A stretch of 63,135 nucleotides of DNA, the filler included, from Perkinsus chesapeaki ATCC PRA-425 (taxonomy: Eukaryota > Protista > Perkinsozoa), in NCBI GenBank assembly GCA_013115145.1. It is 3 parts of 3 records of this genome, joined end to end, with 100 filler letters (N's around TTAATTAATTAA, not from the genome) between each part and the next. Parts side by side here need not be neighbours in the genome. Positions count along the whole stretch, not along the records: positions 54,786 to 63,135 come from JAAPAO010000979.1; 2 more parts are not named here. One strand, written 5' to 3'. The position numbers and the translations under genes were made by a program. Positions 60,829 to 63,135 of the stretch are shown piece by piece; the stretch's first letter is position 1, and every line of letters begins with the position of its first letter. Under the pieces are notes generated by a model. That model saw nothing but the letters and a program-made list of their open reading frames with translations, made no database searches and was not told where the DNA came from.

Positions 60829-62475
60829 CTAGAAAGTAACGGGACCAGCTTTGAATAAAGACCAGGTCCAAGTCCAATCATCACTCCAGAACAAGATATC
60901 CACCCATACCTTAAGGTTGAAGAACGCCTCAAACTCCCAAGTGTTAATCTTGTGGTCTACCGTATTACCGACCACTTCAACCCACATATCGGCGCCAACA
61001 ACTAACAGACTCCTTGAGAGTTTAAGATAAGCAGAGGCTGTTATATCGTTATGGGGAGCACCCTGAACTTTAAGGCCTCCTTCAATTGTTGCACTTATAG
61101 TCGGAACAATGGGTACATCAATATTGAAAGAGACCGAAATTGAGGCTGCACCGCGGTAAGTAGCATTGTCTGGTTGAAGGAGACTTTTACCAGCACCACT
61201 TCCCGAGATGCATACAGCGATATTCAAGTTCGCGAAGGAGACACCCATTTGCCAGACAACGGCACAGCCACCACCATCGAATGAAAAATTCAAAACCGAT
61301 CCTTCACTAGAATAGTAAACAGAGATGTTGAGGTGTGCGTTATTATGCCGTTGGTTAACATCCTGGAAACCCATAAAAAAGTCCAGTGCCAGTGAAGTGT
61401 CGTTGACATTGTAGTTCACATAAAGACAATAGGGTGACTTGCTTATGATAAAATTAGTCGTACATCCTGTTGGTAGCTCAAACTTCGTCGCACCGTTAGC
61501 GCTATAGAAGGCCTTGGCATGGAAGAACTTGTAGCTGGCAGTCCCTGGTAGAATCTTGAAGTAGTCGATCCCACGAGCAGTGCCGTTAGATCCACGAAGT
61601 TGCTTGGGAGAGATCCAGTCAAAATTCCTCACTCCCATGAAGAATTCGCGACTTATCTCACCCGTTATCTCAGAGTCGATAAAGATGGCTTCTGGTACGG
61701 GATCTTCTCTCGGAGAAGGGACTGTTGAAGAGTGCTTCTCAATATCATACATCGAATACACCATTTCAAGACTGTCATTTGCAGTCATGTTTTCATGTAG
61801 CTCTTCCCAATGAGTTACCACAGTCTCTTGGAAGACTGTGTCATTATGTAGATTATTCGTGGCCAACAACTTCACAACTCTAGTGTCATTCTCGTCAGTG
61901 TATAGAATCCAGGAGTTTGGTATGAGTCCAGTCAGGGCCAGAGCGGTGTAATTCATGCCAGTCTCCGAGTCTGTACCATTAAGCTTGGCTAACACCCTTT
62001 TATGTAACTTCTCACCGTCCACGTCTGAAAGCCCATGGTGGACCCAGCCATGGTCATCGAGGGTAAGCTCATAGTTGAGGCTCTTCAGTTGAACCTGCTT
62101 CCGCGAATTGTTAAGGCGGATAGGGAAGGATGTCTTATTGTAGAGCTGTATCATATGGGAATCGTTAGTTGTATGAGCCATGACGATAAACTCATATGGG
62201 CGACCGGGTGAGGCGAGAACCGTCAATTGTCCGTCTTTAGTGAGGAAGATGTCTTGGCGAGTGGTCAACGATTGGCCATCATCCATTCCAGGAAGTACCA
62301 GCCCTCTAGTCTCCAAAGAATCCGATATTTGACAATTAACGGACTTTCCGTCGGCACCAACCAAGTCGGAGTGGCAGTAGCGGGTGACCCTGGTTTGCAT
62401 GCGGATGTTACCCATTTTGAATGCATAACCACCGGAAACATAGAGTAAGACGACCTGCAAGGTTGCGGCTAACAT
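60829..62475 (-). CDS. Secreted hypothetical glycoprotein, about 548 aa from the ATG at 62475, intronless
   Basis: Long clean ORF; hydrophobic leader MLAATLQVVLLYVSGGYA; many NxS/T sequons; beta-strand-rich C-terminal domain with Cys pairs. Confidence 0.8.
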   Translation of the reverse strand: MLAATLQVVLLYVSGGYAFKMGNIRMQTRVTRYCHSDLVGADGKSVNCQISDSLETRGLVLPGMDDGQSLTTRQDIFLTKDGQLTVLASPGRPYEFIVMAHTTNDSHMIQLYNKTSFPIRLNNSRKQVQLKSLNYELTLDDHGWVHHGLSDVDGEKLHKRVLAKLNGTDSETGMNYTALALTGLIPNSWILYTDENDTRVVKLLATNNLHNDTVFQETVVTHWEELHENMTANDSLEMVYSMYDIEKHSSTVPSPREDPVPEAIFIDSEITGEISREFFMGVRNFDWISPKQLRGSNGTARGIDYFKILPGTASYKFFHAKAFYSANGATKFELPTGCTTNFIISKSPYCLYVNYNVNDTSLALDFFMGFQDVNQRHNNAHLNISVYYSSEGSVLNFSFDGGGCAVVWQMGVSFANLNIAVCISGSGAGKSLLQPDNATYRGAASISVSFNIDVPIVPTISATIEGGLKVQGAPHNDITASAYLKLSRSLLVVGADMWVEVVGNTVDHKINTWEFEAFFNLKVWVDILFWSDDWTWTWSLFKAGPVTF

Positions 62476-63135
62476 TAGTAGGAACGATTCCAACAGCTGC
62501 ACTGTAGAAACTTCTGACCGCTTAGGTCGCTAGAAAACGAGGTTGTGTACAGTAGTACACACAAGCCTGCTCACGAGAGTATAAGATAATGTGCGGTATC
62601 ACTCCAAGTGATTCACTCATGAGTTGGGCCCCGAAAATCCCGAGTCGGGAAGGGCGCTGCCCCGTGACGCGTGACCGGATGATTTTGCTCCGCCCGTTTG
62701 CCAATGTAGCAGTGCTACAATAGCACCAAGCTGGACACATGAGCTTATTGCCACATCCAGAAGCCCCCTTTTGTTAACTCGACAAGGCAATGATACCAGT
62801 AAGATGCGCCCATATAAGTTCATCATTCAGAGGTCAGACATATTTGATTTTTCTTTGGTTGTTGTGAGTGGCGCATTATGCGCCCTGTCGTAGGAGCCGG
62901 CTGGGGATGTCTCGACTAAATCCTGGCCACTGATTGAGTTGAGCTACCTAAACTACTAGAATGGATTGCTTCATCCAAACTTTAAAGTCGAGGGTACTAC
63001 GAACTCGAGGCTATTAAGGTCTACGAGCTCTCAGTGAAGACTCACAAAGGAGCAAGCTCACCCTGATGAGATTTGATGAGAAAGCTAGTTGTTCTCTAGG
63101 AGACTGCTGCACGCGACACGGAGCGCCGTGACGCT

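Overview
Eukaryotic, intron-rich draft genomic DNA with very short GT-AG introns (about 40-55 nt). This style, together with ciliary genes and expanded S10 peptidases, suggests an alveolate such as Perkinsus; that is an inference, not proven. There are three N-gaps, two carrying the artificial spacer TTAATTAATTAA. Recognisable genes: a serine carboxypeptidase S10 plus a 5'-truncated duplicate, UBA3, a FAM228-like protein, an intronless UNC-93-type MFS transporter, a Thr/Ala mucin with a GPI-type tail, a UCH-L (C12) deubiquitinase, a histidine phosphatase, CFAP300, tRNA-Asp(GTC), an SLC35A nucleotide-sugar transporter, a sarcosine-oxidase-like flavoprotein, a MetX/Cys2-family acyltransferase and a 557-aa secreted orphan. 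Best leads: (1) three tandem paralogs of a signal-peptide-bearing GNAT acetyltransferase, visible only after splicing, each followed by the same unknown module; (2) an intronic minisatellite whose 46-nt unit is itself a complete GT...CAG mini-intron; (3) a small secreted protein with two Cys-rich repeats; (4) a mucin with a duplicated intron plus terminal exon that could switch the GPI tail. Exon boundaries were read by eye; ends flagged as approximate are uncertain.
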